From a virus, in IMG/VR virus record IMGVR_UViG_3300012352_000418, positions 1 through 64,000 of that record: a stretch of 64,000 nt of DNA; one strand, given 5' to 3'. A model generated the notes under the pieces. It had not been told where the DNA came from, did not search any database, and saw only the letters and a list, made by a program, of their open reading frames with translations. Made by a program: the position numbers and the translations under genes. Position 1 is the stretch's first letter. Each line of letters opens with the position of its first letter. This document shows positions 62,176 to 64,000 of this stretch, in pieces.

Positions 62176-64000
62176 TTATAGAAGACCTACTGGATAACTG
62201 TCACGCTGCACGCCACCGTAGGTCACGTACTCATACTTATTTAACCTAATCTGACCAGATTGTGAAGAACTATCTGCAATAATCTTATTTGTACCAATAT
62301 ATGTCCTATAAATCTCTGCAGGATCAATGGATGGGTTAAATGTTGCCACTTTATAGAAGGCATCTTCCCATGTTTTTGAAGTTCCGCCTTCAACATACCA
62401 TTCATCCCATTCATCCTCTGATGGATTCTCCTCAATATCTTGCCATGTTTTGTAAACGATCTGCTGAGCTTGGGCAGAAGAGTCTAGCTGGTATGTAGAA
62501 AGGTTGTTAATAATCATTGGAGAAGTAAACTTAATATATCCCACAGAGTTGTTAAATACTAGGTAAGGCTTAAAAACAATCCCTAGCATTCCCCACTCCC
62601 CTAATGTGATAACGGGGTTAGCAACGACGTTGCCATTCCAGTAAAAGAATACTGTATTTGTTGAGGCCTCAACCGTACCAGATGTCAGAGTTACAGTAAT
62701 CTTTCCACGTCTACGTAACCCGTCTACTGCCTCTACATAGAAATTATAGACACCAGTAGATGCGTCAATCTCAAAAATCTTTTGAGCAGTTTCTGGGAAT
62801 AATTTGTTATTCCAGAGAACAGACATCTGCAAAGAACTAATGTTTGTATTCGCAAAAGCATCCCTGTTTAATCGTGCAAACAATCCTCTCTTGACATCAG
62901 CATCATATTCTCCAGCAATAGAAATTCCAGAGTTGTGGGTTAGGTATAGGTGTGGTCCAGAGCCTCTGAATATTCTAAATGGGTTCTTTGCCTTATAAGA
63001 AATATTTCCTGGGAATCCGTTTGTAGCGTTTTCTTTGTATGGGTAAACACCCTTACCAAACTTTGTTCCAACCTTATTGATTGGTGAAGACGCCACAGAA
63101 GAGTTATCTGACAAGCTTTGAGACCCAAGCTTTAAAAACCTAGTAAATAGTTTATTGCTTAAAGAATTATTAGCGACAAGTTCCATGTGAATGCAAAGTG
63201 CTAAGTCTGCATAGGACTCACCATTTTCAAGCTCTGGTGGATAAATAATAGTTCCATCAATAACTTGATACTTTGTTTCTGTCCAGTCTTCTGAGCTTGA
63301 CCCTGGGTCTACTACGAATATCTTTTCAGAGTCAAAGGTTAAAGATGTGAATTCAGACAAAGCTTTATTTGCCCCGTCAGAAATATACTGAAACGTAACA
63401 AAGGTCTTTACATCATCAAGTCTTGGGTCCAGTTCTCCAGTTGTTGTTGGTCTGGTTTGTGGATAGTCGAGGTTAATCTGAATAAAGTCTATATTATCGC
63501 TAACTACTCCAGTAGAGCTAGTCTGTAATTTGGATAGTGATGAAAGTGGTACATGTGATTGCCAGTAGGATTTTGTGCTTACCTCGATTTTCTGTACTCC
63601 AGAGACATCGCTAAGAATTAGTGTGTAGCTTGCTGATGGAAGAGTTGTTTCTGTCTTATCAAGTATTCCATCTAAGCTAAATAATGATTCAAACTCTTGT
63701 GCATTTTTTTCAGTACAAAAACTTATATTGTGCATTCTTCCAGTAAACGTGGTATCTAGTGCAGTGTCTGTGCCAGCATAGTCTCCTCCTATCATGACAG
63801 ATAGAGAGTTTCTGTTTGAGAAAAACTGCTTGAGTTCTGGGTATTGTTCAGAAATCTTTGCAATATCGATACCTGCAGAAAAGAAGTCACCCTTTGTAAT
63901 TTCTGTCGTATCTTCTTCGCCACTATAGTCAAGGGTTAACTCTGACTGGCCCATAACCTTGTAGGAATACCTAAGTGTTTCATCCTCTAAAGAGATACGA
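62176..64000 (-). CDS. large structural-module protein (at least 592 aa; frame open to the right window edge)
   Basis: Track ORF 62176-63954. The same frame has no stop between 63955 and 64000, so the true start may lie outside the window. Beta-rich; function unknown. Confidence 0.6.
   Translation of the reverse strand, partial: RISLEDETLRYSYKVMGQSELTLDYSGEEDTTEITKGDFFSAGIDIAKISEQYPELKQFFSNRNSLSVMIGGDYAGTDTALDTTFTGRMHNISFCTEKNAQEFESLFSLDGILDKTETTLPSASYTLILSDVSGVQKIEVSTKSYWQSHVPLSSLSKLQTSSTGVVSDNIDFIQINLDYPQTRPTTTGELDPRLDDVKTFVTFQYISDGANKALSEFTSLTFDSEKIFVVDPGSSSEDWTETKYQVIDGTIIYPPELENGESYADLALCIHMELVANNSLSNKLFTRFLKLGSQSLSDNSSVASSPINKVGTKFGKGVYPYKENATNGFPGNISYKAKNPFRIFRGSGPHLYLTHNSGISIAGEYDADVKRGLFARLNRDAFANTNISSLQMSVLWNNKLFPETAQKIFEIDASTGVYNFYVEAVDGLRRRGKITVTLTSGTVEASTNTVFFYWNGNVVANPVITLGEWGMLGIVFKPYLVFNNSVGYIKFTSPMIINNLSTYQLDSSAQAQQIVYKTWQDIEENPSEDEWDEWYVEGGTSKTWEDAFYKVATFNPSIDPAEIYRTYIGTNKIIADSSSQSGQIRLNKYEYVTYGGVQRDSYPVGLL

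Overview
This window is a contiguous ~64 kb stretch of a tailed dsDNA phage genome with siphovirus-type organisation and no sign of host chromosome. All homology calls come from motifs read by eye in the supplied translations; no database search was run. An actinobacterial host is likely: there is a WhiB-like protein, a class Ib RNR set (nrdHIEF), many -10 boxes only 6-7 nt from start codons (leaderless-type), and a tmRNA tag ending YALAA. Layout: (i) 1-1911, small minus-strand genes. (ii) 2044-9399, a plus-strand block with two secreted peptidases (HExxH and NlpC/P60), a divergent ThyX, GroES, tRNA-Arg, and an accessory island (two HNH genes around an FkbM methyltransferase / Stealth-like pair) that ends in a phage-encoded tmRNA. 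(iii) 9401-64000, an almost uninterrupted minus-strand block. Read in transcription order (high to low coordinates) it runs: a large structural protein, portal, protease-scaffold fusion, major capsid, head-tail genes, major tail, two paralogous tail chaperones, a 2043-aa tape measure, five tail-tip/fibre proteins, a replication/recombination module (DnaB, primase, SSB-like, DnaE, MazG, NrdH, RecA, DEDDy exonuclease, Cas4-like nuclease, RuvC-like), TerS/TerL, NrdI/E/F, a 3-tRNA operon, WhiB, dCMP deaminase, Hsp20 and Dps. One opposite-strand fused glycosyltransferase (11737-13644) interrupts this block. No integrase, repressor, CRISPR array, intein or transposase was seen. Most notable: the tmRNA; the glycan-modification genes carried as opposite-strand insertions; a ThyX lacking the RHR motif; a recurring TGnTAyAnT promoter 9-mer; a ~60-aa domain repeated across three tail proteins; and tail chaperones encoded as two paralogous genes.
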